Source of the DNA: Candidatus Hodarchaeota archaeon
GTDB lineage: Archaea > Asgardarchaeota > Heimdallarchaeia > Hodarchaeales > Hodarchaeaceae
Reading direction: 5' to 3'
DNA: 46,104 bases
Assembly: GCA_016839785.1 (NCBI GenBank)
Contig: JAEOTQ010000075.1
Coordinates: forward strand, 1-46,104
Part shown: positions 11,144 through 21,007 of the stretch, one piece after another
Layout: every line of letters begins with the position of its first letter
How positions within the stretch are numbered: position 1 is the first letter of the stretch
Program-made: the position numbers and the translations under genes
Notes under the pieces: model-generated
What the model was told of the DNA's origin: nothing
Databases searched by the model: none
What the model saw: only the letters and a program-made list of their open reading frames with translations

Positions 11144-13093
11144 ATGGAAGATGTGACTGAGGCCATTATAGATATTGGTTACGATTGCCAGATTTCAAAA
11201 GATAGTTTGATTGTTAAGAATCCAGACCATGATTGGTTTAGGATATTCCTACGAAGATATTATGTTCATACTAAAGATTATCAATACCTTTTCGGATCCA
11301 CTCAACCTGGACGACGCCCTGATCGCGCATATTATATGGTACCAGAAGGGTATCGACTAGGAGAAGGACAAAGGGCATTTGATCGTGAAAGAGGGAAGAA
11401 ACTATATGATGTTGTTCTCCGTTACCTTAAAGAGGAAAAAGTACCTGTTATTGTTCAAGATGGAATACAAGGAGAGCATGGTTATGAAATTGGTCTTCGT
11501 ATAACCATTAGCGTCAAAAATCCTCACTCAGCATATATCGGTTGGTTTGGAAAACTGATGGTATTTCCCCCAAAAGAGGATCAGAACATAGATTGTTGGA
11601 ATTTTATAATTCAAGAACCATTACCATTAGTGTATGTAAACGAAATACGGGAATTTTGGCCAAACTTCGATCCTAATGAACCTATCACATTATATGATTT
11701 CACTGAAATGGATCAGAATAAACGTCGTGTCATAAGTTTACGTGTTGATTACTTTGGAGGAGCCTACAAAAAGCCTAACCTCACTATGGTATGGAATAAA
11801 GCCGAATCTGATGGTTTTATTTCGTACCATGCAGGAATGACTTCAGATAGAGTTCTCAAAGGATTATCAGGGACAGGAAAAACCACTTTGACCGTTGGTC
11901 CTGAACTAGAGCAAGATGATGCATGTATTGGAAAGATAATTCGTGATTCTGAAACCAATAAAATTGATAAAGTTCAGTTGATTGGACTAGAGGCAGGATC
12001 TTTCGCAAAATCTCAAAATTTAGGCCCCCTATGTCCTGAATGGCCAGGTCTCATGAAATCCTTAGAAGTGGATGAAAATGGTGAACATCCTGTCGTTCTG
12101 GCCATGAATATTGATAGTGAAAATGTCAGTTACAAATTGAAGAAAATAAATGGATATACTGTAAAAGTTCCTGAAGTTGATGAAGGCAAAGAGCCAGGTT
12201 CACTACTTTGCACACGATATCACAGTTCGGGAACCACTAACGGTCGTTTTATCTTTTCCTTTTCTGAGCTAAACCCTGATTGGGGAAAAAGCAAAACACA
12301 CCGATATTTGAAAACAGTAGTTCTTTCGATGAAGCGGTTTGATTACATGCACCCCATGTTTCGTGTGGTTGATCCAGTGGTTGCTGTCGCACTTGATAGT
12401 GCTGTTGAATCAATAATTACCTCAGCCGTTGCTGCTCAAAAACCTGGAACGCGTGTACGTAGCTATTCAGCCACCGACTTCATGGCACGTGAACAATGTC
12501 ATCAAGCCTTATTAAAATGGGAAATGTACAGAGATATGGGTCTCGGCCCTGATGGTAAACTTGCTTTTATTGTTATTAATACTGGTGCTATTGGTGAACA
12601 TGATATCAATGGAAATAAAATTCAATTAACAGATGAAAACGGGGAATTTATACCAAAAATTGATCGAAATACTGGAAAAATCCTCCGAAATGAACTAGGA
12701 GAAATCGTTTATCAAGGTCAAGGGAAGAAAATTAGAGTTCCTCACTCAAAACAGTTGTTAGATTTAGCAGAACATCGTAAAATTGAAAAATGGTTACCTC
12801 ATCCCATTTTCGGGAAGCGAATTCTTATTCCAGAACCTAAAGAACTTGAGGATAAATGGAATATGAAACGATTTGGAAGGATGTTCAACCGTTTGCGTTA
12901 TTATAGTGAAAAGGAATATCTAGCTTTCGTTGTAAGAGATATAAAAGAACGAAGTAATTTTTTGAAGAAACTTTTCAAAGGACAAACCTGTGAAAAGGAA
13001 CTAGACGAAGTTATCAATGTTTGGCGTAATATGGATATTCCAGAGCCTGAAAAATTAGAAGAATTCTATAGAAAGTACTTTTGGGACTACTGA
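11144..13093 (+). CDS. pckA: divergent ATP-dependent phosphoenolpyruvate carboxykinase family protein
   Basis: YFGGAYKK, YHAG, kinase-1a GLSGTGKTTL, EQDD metal motif, LEAGSFAK, NGR, INTG. Confidence 0.72.
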   Translation: MEDVTEAIIDIGYDCQISKDSLIVKNPDHDWFRIFLRRYYVHTKDYQYLFGSTQPGRRPDRAYYMVPEGYRLGEGQRAFDRERGKKLYDVVLRYLKEEKVPVIVQDGIQGEHGYEIGLRITISVKNPHSAYIGWFGKLMVFPPKEDQNIDCWNFIIQEPLPLVYVNEIREFWPNFDPNEPITLYDFTEMDQNKRRVISLRVDYFGGAYKKPNLTMVWNKAESDGFISYHAGMTSDRVLKGLSGTGKTTLTVGPELEQDDACIGKIIRDSETNKIDKVQLIGLEAGSFAKSQNLGPLCPEWPGLMKSLEVDENGEHPVVLAMNIDSENVSYKLKKINGYTVKVPEVDEGKEPGSLLCTRYHSSGTTNGRFIFSFSELNPDWGKSKTHRYLKTVVLSMKRFDYMHPMFRVVDPVVAVALDSAVESIITSAVAAQKPGTRVRSYSATDFMAREQCHQALLKWEMYRDMGLGPDGKLAFIVINTGAIGEHDINGNKIQLTDENGEFIPKIDRNTGKILRNELGEIVYQGQGKKIRVPHSKQLLDLAEHRKIEKWLPHPIFGKRILIPEPKELEDKWNMKRFGRMFNRLRYYSEKEYLAFVVRDIKERSNFLKKLFKGQTCEKELDEVINVWRNMDIPEPEKLEEFYRKYFWDY

Positions 13094-13119
13094 GAGGTTA
13101 AACTTCTCTCATATTTTTC

Positions 13120-13410
13120 TTATCTCTGCCACGCTGGTTTATTTACAACCACCACTGGACTAGTTGACGCGTCATCAAATTTCTCGTTGCTAGACTTATA
13201 ATCTTCCATAGATTGATCTGAATGAGTTTTAGGACTTAAATCGGGACTATTGCCATATTTAGCAAAATACAAAATTGCATCTCGAACGAATAACGATTTT
13301 CTTTTCTGGTCAATTAGGGATAGAATTTGTTCAACTTCACTCGAGATTCGAATAGTGAGACGAGGTGATTCACCTTTGGATAGACTTTGTCGTGGAATTT
13401 TCAACACCAT
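13120..13410 (-). CDS. ribbon-helix-helix (CopG/Arc-like) DNA-binding protein
   Basis: RLTIRISSEVEQILSLIDQKRKSLFVRDAILYF fits the RHH strand-helix-helix pattern. Confidence 0.65.
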   Translation of the reverse strand: MVLKIPRQSLSKGESPRLTIRISSEVEQILSLIDQKRKSLFVRDAILYFAKYGNSPDLSPKTHSDQSMEDYKSSNEKFDDASTSPVVVVNKPAWQR

Positions 13411-13419
13411 TTCTTATTT

Positions 13420-13448
13420 TGTCAGACAAAAACTAATACTGTCTGACA
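13420..13448. promoter_or_regulatory. paired palindromic operator TGTCWGACA-N11-TGTCWGACA
   Basis: tgtcagaca (13420-13428) and tgtctgaca (13440-13448), directly upstream of the RHH start codon. Confidence 0.6.
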
Positions 13449-13621
13449 TTATCGGTAATTGCTACATCTTAAATATTTTTCTTGATTTAGTCATACGAAT
13501 CAGTTGTAAATTATGTCATCCATTCTTTGTGATAACGAGTTTTCTTCTATGTTATATATTAGAGATTTAAACAGTAACCCTCACAGAAATTTTCACAATT
13601 AACTAGGGATGTAGAACTGGT

Positions 13622-14770
13622 TTGACGTTTAAAAATGTCCTTGACAATTTTCCTTTATTAGAAAAGAGAAATTACCTCTCTACTGCAAGTATAGGATTAG
13701 TTCCTATTTCTGTCATCGAAAAATCAACTGATATATTCACTGAATTAGCTCAGGGAGGAACAATTGCTCTAGATGAAGAAAAAGAAGTATATATTTACGA
13801 AAATTTAAGAAATGAAAGTTCCAAATTGCTAGGTTGTAGCAAAGAGGAAATTGCAATTTTTAATAGTGTTACAGAAGCATTGAATATTATTGCATGGAGT
13901 ATAGGTCTGAAGTCTGGAAATGTAATCTCTACGTCTGAAGAATTTCCTAGCGTTACGTATCCTTGGATACGACAAGGAAAGGATAGCTCTCTCAACCTAG
14001 AGTTCATTAAATCAAAGGAAGGATGTATTTCAACGGAGGAGCTAATAAACAGGATTGACAAAAATACTGAGATAGTTGTGCTAAGTCATGTTGAGTATTC
14101 CACAGGGCAAAAGTTTGATCTTGCAGAGATTGCAGAAGCTGCACACGAAGTTGATGCTCTTTTAATTGTTGATGGAATTCAAGCAGCAGGTTACTGTCCC
14201 CTTGACGTTAAAAAGTGGAACGTTGATGTATACATCACTGGAAGTTACAAATGGCTATGTGCACCATTTGGAACCGCTATATCTTATATTTCTCCCATTC
14301 TATGTGAAAAGCTTGAACCTGCTTTTGCAGGATGGAGGTCAGCGGATGATATGTGGAATTTCAGACCAGAAGAACTAGTTTTTACAAACAATGCTAAGAA
14401 GTTTGAGTATAGTACTAGTGCCTATAGTGCAAAAATTGGATTAGCAGAAGCAATCCATTATATACTTAATCTTGGAATTAACAATATTGAAAATTATTCT
14501 GAGAAACTAATAAAAATTCTTTTAGAGGAGCTAGAGCATATCAAAGGAGTGAATTTAATAAATCCACCTTCACGTGGATCTATTGTAACATTTAACATGA
14601 ATCAAACAGATATAACAAAGATTGGAAAACTGCTTGGATTATTACCAAGACCCATCAACATTACAATAAGACAGAATAGACTACGAATATCTCCGCATTT
14701 CTACAATACAGAATCGGACATTCTTGATTTTATCAAGGAATTCAAGAAGATAATAAAAAAACATGAATAA
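13622..14770 (+). CDS. class V PLP-dependent aminotransferase-fold enzyme
   Basis: YLSTASIG, VDGIQAAG, TGSYKWLCAPFG (PLP Lys), LRISPHFYN. Confidence 0.88.
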   Translation: MTFKNVLDNFPLLEKRNYLSTASIGLVPISVIEKSTDIFTELAQGGTIALDEEKEVYIYENLRNESSKLLGCSKEEIAIFNSVTEALNIIAWSIGLKSGNVISTSEEFPSVTYPWIRQGKDSSLNLEFIKSKEGCISTEELINRIDKNTEIVVLSHVEYSTGQKFDLAEIAEAAHEVDALLIVDGIQAAGYCPLDVKKWNVDVYITGSYKWLCAPFGTAISYISPILCEKLEPAFAGWRSADDMWNFRPEELVFTNNAKKFEYSTSAYSAKIGLAEAIHYILNLGINNIENYSEKLIKILLEELEHIKGVNLINPPSRGSIVTFNMNQTDITKIGKLLGLLPRPINITIRQNRLRISPHFYNTESDILDFIKEFKKIIKKHE

Positions 14771-14806
14771 TGTAACTATAATTGTAATACTAATTCAAAA
14801 CTTGGT

Positions 14807-16594
14807 TCATACCCGACCCTGAAACTCATAATAAGTTTGGTACAAGTCCCGATATACATCGTTGTCCTTCATTAACTCCTCATGAGTCCCATCACCAATG
14901 ATTTCTCCCTGATTAAATACTAAAATTCGATCTGCTGATATAATTGTTGATAACCGGTGTGCGACTACGATGCTTGTCCGTCCTCTAAATAGATTATCAA
15001 TACCATCTTGAATTAAGCTCTCAGTATAGGCATCAACTGAAGCAGTGGCCTCATCTAAAATTAGAATTTTCGGGTCAGCGACTAATGCACGAGCAAAGCT
15101 AATCAATTGTCTTTGTCCCAAGGATACTTTGGCTCCTCTTTCACCAACATCAGTCTGTAGTCCCTCTGGAAGAAAATCTACAAAATCAATAACGTGTGTT
15201 GACATAATTGCCGATTGAAGAGTCTCAGCACTAACCTCATTTTGGGAACCATATCTTATGTTCCCTTCGATCGATCCACTAAATAGAAAGGGATCTTGTA
15301 ATACAATACCTAAAGTACTTCGATAAGCATCGATATCATAGGCTTTAATCGAATATCCATCTAGATAGATGTCGCCAGCCTGAAATTCATAAAATCGTGC
15401 AAGTAGAGAAATAAAAGAGGTTTTTCCTGATCCTGTATGACCTACTAATGCTATATTTTGTCCTGCAGGGATTGTAACATTTAAATGTGAAAATAAAGGA
15501 GTTTCATCTTTTGTATAACCAAATGTGACATCTTTAAACTCAATATGTCCTTGCACATCAGCTCCTGGAATAATATTACCCCATTTCATCTCGCTAGGAA
15601 TTTCAATCAAAGAAAATATACGCTCTGCGGCGGCTCGACCTATCTGAAATTGAGCAATTTGTTGTGAAAAACTTATTAGAGGCTGAATTAATAGTAAAGA
15701 ATAACTATAGAATAGCCACAAATCTCCAAGTGTTATAGATCCGTCAATAACAAATCCCCCCCCAGACGTTACAATTAAAAAGTATATTAGGGTGGAAACG
15801 AACTCTAGGATAGGAAACATTGTGGAAAATACTAAAGATCGTCTAATATTCGCTCGCAAATTCTCATTATTGAGCTCAATAAACTCCTCTATATTCTGAG
15901 CTTCTCTAGCAAAACTTTTCGTAACCATGATTCCAGCAATGCTTTCTTGAGTAGCCCCATTTACAGACCCTACTGTTCGTCTACAAATACGATTATATCG
16001 CATGAGCAAATATCCCAAGCCAATTGTAAACGTAAAAATTATTGGAGCAATCATAAATAATATCAGTGTTAACACTGAATGTATATAAAACAAAATTCCA
16101 ATCATGCCAATTATAGTAATTAAATTTGCAGCAAGTTCCACGAAAATTAGCATGAAATTGCCAAGTTCCCAGGCATCATTTACAACACGACTCATAATTC
16201 TTCCTGTTTTATTTTTGTCGTAAAATGAGAGATCATGGGCCTGTAATTGAATGAACATCCTTAGACGTAATGTGGTCACTGTTTTTGCAATTATTGACCA
16301 TTCACTGCGAATAATTAGGTAGAGACTGATCCACAAGAATATAGTTCCAAGTAAATTTCCCCAACCAAGGAATTGGACAAACTCAAAATTTGGACCAGGC
16401 TTATTCAGTTCATTAATAGCTTCACGCAGAAATAAAGGAACAATAATACTTATTACTGTATTTACCATAAACAGAGAAAGTACAAGAAGAAGTCTCATCT
16501 TTTCTGCTACTGCAAAGACCCATAAACGGGTAAGAATATCTCTAATAGAGTATTCTTGATCATACTCACTTTTTTGGGCGCTACTAAACGACAT
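14807..16594 (-). CDS. type IV ABC exporter half (TMD+NBD), subunit with catalytic Glu
   Basis: GHTGSGKT, degenerate signature VSLGQRQ, ILILDEATA, AHRLS. Confidence 0.93.
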   Translation of the reverse strand: MSFSSAQKSEYDQEYSIRDILTRLWVFAVAEKMRLLLVLSLFMVNTVISIIVPLFLREAINELNKPGPNFEFVQFLGWGNLLGTIFLWISLYLIIRSEWSIIAKTVTTLRLRMFIQLQAHDLSFYDKNKTGRIMSRVVNDAWELGNFMLIFVELAANLITIIGMIGILFYIHSVLTLILFMIAPIIFTFTIGLGYLLMRYNRICRRTVGSVNGATQESIAGIMVTKSFAREAQNIEEFIELNNENLRANIRRSLVFSTMFPILEFVSTLIYFLIVTSGGGFVIDGSITLGDLWLFYSYSLLLIQPLISFSQQIAQFQIGRAAAERIFSLIEIPSEMKWGNIIPGADVQGHIEFKDVTFGYTKDETPLFSHLNVTIPAGQNIALVGHTGSGKTSFISLLARFYEFQAGDIYLDGYSIKAYDIDAYRSTLGIVLQDPFLFSGSIEGNIRYGSQNEVSAETLQSAIMSTHVIDFVDFLPEGLQTDVGERGAKVSLGQRQLISFARALVADPKILILDEATASVDAYTESLIQDGIDNLFRGRTSIVVAHRLSTIISADRILVFNQGEIIGDGTHEELMKDNDVYRDLYQTYYEFQGRV

Positions 16595-16595
16595 C

Positions 16596-18599
16596 TTAAT
16601 TTCCCTCTATGACTAACGGAGGTAGTGTCATATAGCGTTTGAAAATTCGTATATATGGCGCAAAACTCGTAATTAATTCTGCGTGAGTCCCAATTCGTAC
16701 AATATTACCCTTTTCCATAAAAATAATTTTGCTTGCAGTCTTCAGAGTAGCTAATCTATGAGTAATAATGATGGTAGTTCGACCTTTCTGTATGTTTACA
16801 ATAGCCTTTTGGATTCGTTCCTCCGTTGCTGCATCAACAGCTGAGGTAGCATCGTCCATAATTAGAATTTTTGGGTCAGCCAAAAACCCACGTGCCATTG
16901 CAATTCGTTGACGCTGTCCACCACTCAGTGTAATCCCTCTCTCTCCTACAACGGTATCATATCCTTCATGAAATTCTTGTATAAAGTCATGAGCTTGAGC
17001 AGCGATAGCTGCCGCCATAATTTCCTCATTTGTGGCATTATCCTTTCCATAAACGATATTATTTCGAATAGAAGTAGAAAAAAGAAAGGTATCTTGTTCT
17101 ATTACTCCCACGAGTCGACGTAGAGCTTTCATATCCCAATTTTTCACATCAACATCGTCTATTAAAACAGCCCCTTTCGTCACATCATAAAGGCGATAAA
17201 TCATCTTCCCCAAGGAAGTTTTTCCACATCCAGTAGGCCCTATGATTGCCACAGTCTCTCCTGGTTTTATTGTTAAAGAGACATTATTTAGCACTAAAGG
17301 GCTATTTTCTTTGTATGAGAAAGATACGTCTTCAAATCTTATATGCCCTTGAGCTTCATCCTCAGGAACATAATCTCCAGTTTCTATAACATTGTCATGA
17401 ATTACAACATTAAATATCCGTGCAGCTCCTGCAAAACCTAAAAGGGTCATATCTAAAATCCAACGAAGAAACATTGTTGGCATAGCAAGTATACTCGTAA
17501 GACCCAAAAATGTTATTAGCTCAGCCATTCCAACCGATTGTATATAGGCAGAATAACCAAATATACTGACGTTTAAGGCTCCTAACAAAGTGATATCGAT
17601 AAGATACACTCCTGTAATAAATATCAATGCAGTTGTTATCCCTAAAACTAAACTAGGAATATAAAATGCTGAAGTCACTCCACGTGTTTTCAGAATGTCT
17701 TCTAAATCTTCAAGTGTTGATGAAAATTTCTTTATTTCCTGTTCCTGAACGGAAAAGGTTCTAACTACACGAACTCCAGTCAGATTTTCCTGTAACTCCG
17801 AATTCATTCGTGCTACAATAGCCTGTCTCCGTTTAGACATTGGATGTAATTTTCTTCCAAAACGTATCAAAAAGAAAATATAGAGTGGTAATGTGAGTAA
17901 GAATACCATCGAGAGTGTGGGTGACGCAATAAACATAGCAATCCATGTAAAAAACAATGTAGACACTGTAGTTACGGTTATTCTCACTCCAGGTGAGATT
18001 GAAGCATTTATTTGACGGGTATCTCCTGTGGCCATCTGAATCAGATCTCCCGCCCGAGCTGTATCATGAAAGCTCATTGATTTGGTCTCGAGATTCTGAT
18101 AAAATTCAATTCGAATTTGCATTTCGACATACTGTGCAATTATTTCATTTAATGCCGCTGCAATGGAGTTTGTTACAAGTTTCATTAAACCAATTGCAAT
18201 AACAAGTGTTCCTGCACTCAAAATTAGTCCAAGATCCCCTGATGGAATTGTTCCGAAAACATACCCCAGTATAAATGGAATTAGAGTTTGAAGAAATATA
18301 CCGATCACCGTAGTGACCGAAATAATTAGAATTTTCCATCTATGTTTAAGAACATGACCTAATAGCCACCACTTGTACCCACGCGAGTACCAGCGTTGAG
18401 AAAGATAAATCTGGTTACGGCTAGCGGAGTCATAATTCAATTTGAATGGCCTCAAAAAAGAACTGGGGGGGCTAAACGTAATTATATTCCCCGTTATATT
18501 TTTGTTGGTTTGAAAGCTCTGTTGGTGTGAATTTCCTCCGATTTTCGAATTATTTGCGGAAATACAGGGCAAGAATTTATTAATTCTCTCTCCGTTCAT
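16596..18599 (-). CDS. type IV ABC exporter half (TMD+NBD), degenerate Walker B subunit; true start probably about 120-150 nt downstream of 18599
   Basis: GPTGCGKT, LSGGQRQR, IMDDATS (Asp replaces the catalytic Glu); coupled to its partner, a TM287/TM288-type heterodimer. Confidence 0.9.
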   Translation of the reverse strand: MNGERINKFLPCISANNSKIGGNSHQQSFQTNKNITGNIITFSPPSSFLRPFKLNYDSASRNQIYLSQRWYSRGYKWWLLGHVLKHRWKILIISVTTVIGIFLQTLIPFILGYVFGTIPSGDLGLILSAGTLVIAIGLMKLVTNSIAAALNEIIAQYVEMQIRIEFYQNLETKSMSFHDTARAGDLIQMATGDTRQINASISPGVRITVTTVSTLFFTWIAMFIASPTLSMVFLLTLPLYIFFLIRFGRKLHPMSKRRQAIVARMNSELQENLTGVRVVRTFSVQEQEIKKFSSTLEDLEDILKTRGVTSAFYIPSLVLGITTALIFITGVYLIDITLLGALNVSIFGYSAYIQSVGMAELITFLGLTSILAMPTMFLRWILDMTLLGFAGAARIFNVVIHDNVIETGDYVPEDEAQGHIRFEDVSFSYKENSPLVLNNVSLTIKPGETVAIIGPTGCGKTSLGKMIYRLYDVTKGAVLIDDVDVKNWDMKALRRLVGVIEQDTFLFSTSIRNNIVYGKDNATNEEIMAAAIAAQAHDFIQEFHEGYDTVVGERGITLSGGQRQRIAMARGFLADPKILIMDDATSAVDAATEERIQKAIVNIQKGRTTIIITHRLATLKTASKIIFMEKGNIVRIGTHAELITSFAPYIRIFKRYMTLPPLVIEGN

Positions 18600-18605
18600 A
18601 AGTTA

Positions 18606-19586
18606 ATGCGATTTCCAGATCTACAAATTCCTTGGCTTTATCCTGTCACTCATGAAAGAAAATTATTTTCAGGACGAGTTTTTGAGATTCAATATACTAG
18701 AATCTTGGTTAGTATATTGACCATAGTTAGTCTAACTGCGGTATTTTTTTTATCATTAGGAACAATAGAGGGAATTTTGCCTTTATTGGTTTATTATTCA
18801 CGTTGTTAATATTTTTTCCGCTTTTCATAACTCCTTGGGATCTTGCTTTGTCCAATAAGCGCTTTGTTGGGAGAAAACGATTCTGGAATATTTCCATTTT
18901 CTCGAAAACTCATTCCTTTAACCTGGAGTTCATTGAAACCATTAATATTACTCCACGGATCAAAGTAGGATTTATCCTTACAGGTTTTTTCCTGATTCAA
19001 CAAGCTCTAATGGTTCTTGAGTTTAGTTTTTCTCAAAAACTTTCGTTGCCAATCGAGATTGACATCTTGGTATTATTATTAGAACAGATCGTAGGTGATA
19101 TAGGGACTCCTCTCAATTCATTCCTAATCGATTTGTTAAATCCATATATTGATACATTACCACTTTTGGGATTATTGCTCCTATTAATCGGTATTCTAAC
19201 TTTTTTGTTTGGATTTCCAAATAGGATTGAATAAAGGAGTACCGAGAAAATTTATTCAGGAGGTTCATTTGGGCGTTTTAGAGCGAGTACATCATACTAT
19301 GCATCATGAAGATCAAGAAGATATTAATGTAGTAGAATTTCCGTTAGAAAGCTCCAACATGTTAAAAAAAGCACTAATCTATGCTCAAACACCGAATGAA
19401 AAAACCGTTCTCAAGTTTTTAGATCAAAAACCGGCACAAGCAGAAGAATTGTGCCAGAACATTCCAGAGCTATCTCACGATCAAATTGACGAAGTATTAT
19501 CTACATTACAAGAAAAAAATCTTGTGAAGTATGAAATAGACACAGATGTATGGCGAATTTCCGACAATGAAACCATATCGTCATAA
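18606..19586 (+). pseudogene. membrane protein with C-terminal winged helix, split into three frames (pseudogene or assembly error)
   Basis: ORFs 18606-18809, 18803-19234 and 19209-19586 read as one protein; adding one T at 18775-18778 gives a continuous TM (GIFAFIGLLFTLLIFFP); the C-terminus EKTVLKFL...LSTLQEKNLV...W is wHTH-like. Confidence 0.65.
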
Positions 19587-19635
19587 TCTACAGATAACAT
19601 CCCCGATTAAATTATTTATATTTGGACTAATAGCT

Positions 19636-19887
19636 ATGAATTCACATTTTTATCTTGAAAGAAATCCTCACCCCATGCATACTCAACTTATCTCCCTTGG
19701 AGTATTAAGTCACAACACATTCTATCCAACAATGGCTGCGGATGTTTTTGAAATTCTTGTGAAAGAATCACGATTTCAAATAAAGGATGAAGAAGGTCAG
19801 AAATACTCTCTCAACGAATTTCATGAAAAGATTATGTACTCATTTAGTAATTCTCCACCAGTAATTTCACTAAACGCATTACCCTGA
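19636..19887 (+). CDS. small hypothetical protein
   Basis: 83-aa ORF from ATG 19636 (longer in-frame ORF from 19546 overlaps the upstream gene); globular composition. Confidence 0.5.
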   Translation: MNSHFYLERNPHPMHTQLISLGVLSHNTFYPTMAADVFEILVKESRFQIKDEEGQKYSLNEFHEKIMYSFSNSPPVISLNALP

Positions 19888-19902
19888 AGGCTTAAAATTC
19901 GA

Positions 19903-21003
19903 TTAGAAAAGCTGTTCAATTGGATTGAATAGATTAAATTTATCTACTCTTTCGCTTTCTTTAACATCTACCATCATTTTTCGTATGAGGGCAGCTGCGT
20001 ATTCTAATCCTTCATCCTCAAAAATTGAAATATGTTCATGTCCACTCACCTTCCACCCTGTTTTCGGGCTAAGTTTTTTGAGTTCTGAGACAAGATCAGT
20101 AATATCTGCTTCACTTGCTAGCAAATTGTTTAGGATGGTATCTTTTATTACATCTACGGTTAAATCATCCATATTAACTTGAGGTTCGGCACCTGCTTTT
20201 GGGTATTTTTGAAGTAAATCAACCCAATTCGTATCTAATTCTAGCATACTTGGTCTCATATCATTAAGTAAACTGAGGATTTGCATTTGGTCACCTTTAG
20301 GTTTTGTTAGCTCTTGTGTTAATGCTCTGCTAAAAATCCTGCAATTTACTAAACTAAATCCAGGTAAAAGTACTTTTCCTTGTCGAGCATTACCAGGTAC
20401 CAATCCAGTGAAATATTTTGACTCTAAGGAATTAATAATGACCTGTTCTAGTGTTGTAAAAGGAATTACATTACTTAGTAGGTGAATTTTCCTCTCTGTA
20501 ATACGGAAACCACGACTATAATATACTATCGGGGAAGTTTTAGCTTCTTTTAAACCGTCTACGATAGCCTGTGCAAAGTTCTCTGCCTCTTTACGAATAA
20601 TTTCATTCAAATCTCGTTTTGTTATAACCGCAGCTATAGGGTAATTGTCATAAGGTAAGAAGGAGGAAATAGATGAAGCTTGTGATAAGGAGTTTAGCCA
20701 GAATTTCTTAGTACAGGAATCTAAAATGATAATCATACCTTCCGCTGTACTACCGAACCGTTCACGTAATTTTTGCCATTTTTGCTGTCCACCTACAGGC
20801 AATAATAAACTAAAAAATCGTCCTTCATCAAATGAAAGTCGTAAATATTCTGTTTCAATTGTACCGCCAAAATCTTCCTCATAACTCATTGATTGATCTG
20901 TACGAGCAGCTAGTTTGGTTACTAACGCAGTTTTACCACCAGCTTGAGTACCTACTACAAGGAGTCTTCCCGCATTGATTGATTCTTCTCGTGTGTCTGA
21001 CAT
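19903..21003 (-). CDS. atypical Arf/MglA-like GTPase with large insertion
   Basis: G1 GTQAGGKT, G2 GGTI, G3 PVGGQ (no Asp), AEGMIIILDS, G4 TKRD; ATG 21003 lies 4 nt after the upstream TGA. Confidence 0.8.
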   Translation of the reverse strand: MSDTREESINAGRLLVVGTQAGGKTALVTKLAARTDQSMSYEEDFGGTIETEYLRLSFDEGRFFSLLLPVGGQQKWQKLRERFGSTAEGMIIILDSCTKKFWLNSLSQASSISSFLPYDNYPIAAVITKRDLNEIIRKEAENFAQAIVDGLKEAKTSPIVYYSRGFRITERKIHLLSNVIPFTTLEQVIINSLESKYFTGLVPGNARQGKVLLPGFSLVNCRIFSRALTQELTKPKGDQMQILSLLNDMRPSMLELDTNWVDLLQKYPKAGAEPQVNMDDLTVDVIKDTILNNLLASEADITDLVSELKKLSPKTGWKVSGHEHISIFEDEGLEYAAALIRKMMVDVKESERVDKFNLFNPIEQLF

Positions 21004-21007
21004 AACT

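Noticed and set aside
13622-14770. Cysteine desulfurase (SufS/IscS)
   Set aside because: No catalytic Cys loop (RxGxHCA or SGSAC) near the C-terminus, and EFPS replaces EHxS
18460-18599. N-terminal extension of the ABC exporter
   Set aside because: It would leave only 6 nt before the divergent ATG at 18606; more likely promoter DNA that is open in frame
20994-21002. Third TGTCTGACA site at the GTPase start
   Set aside because: Single copy, explained by the ATG TCA GAC A coding sequence; probably chance
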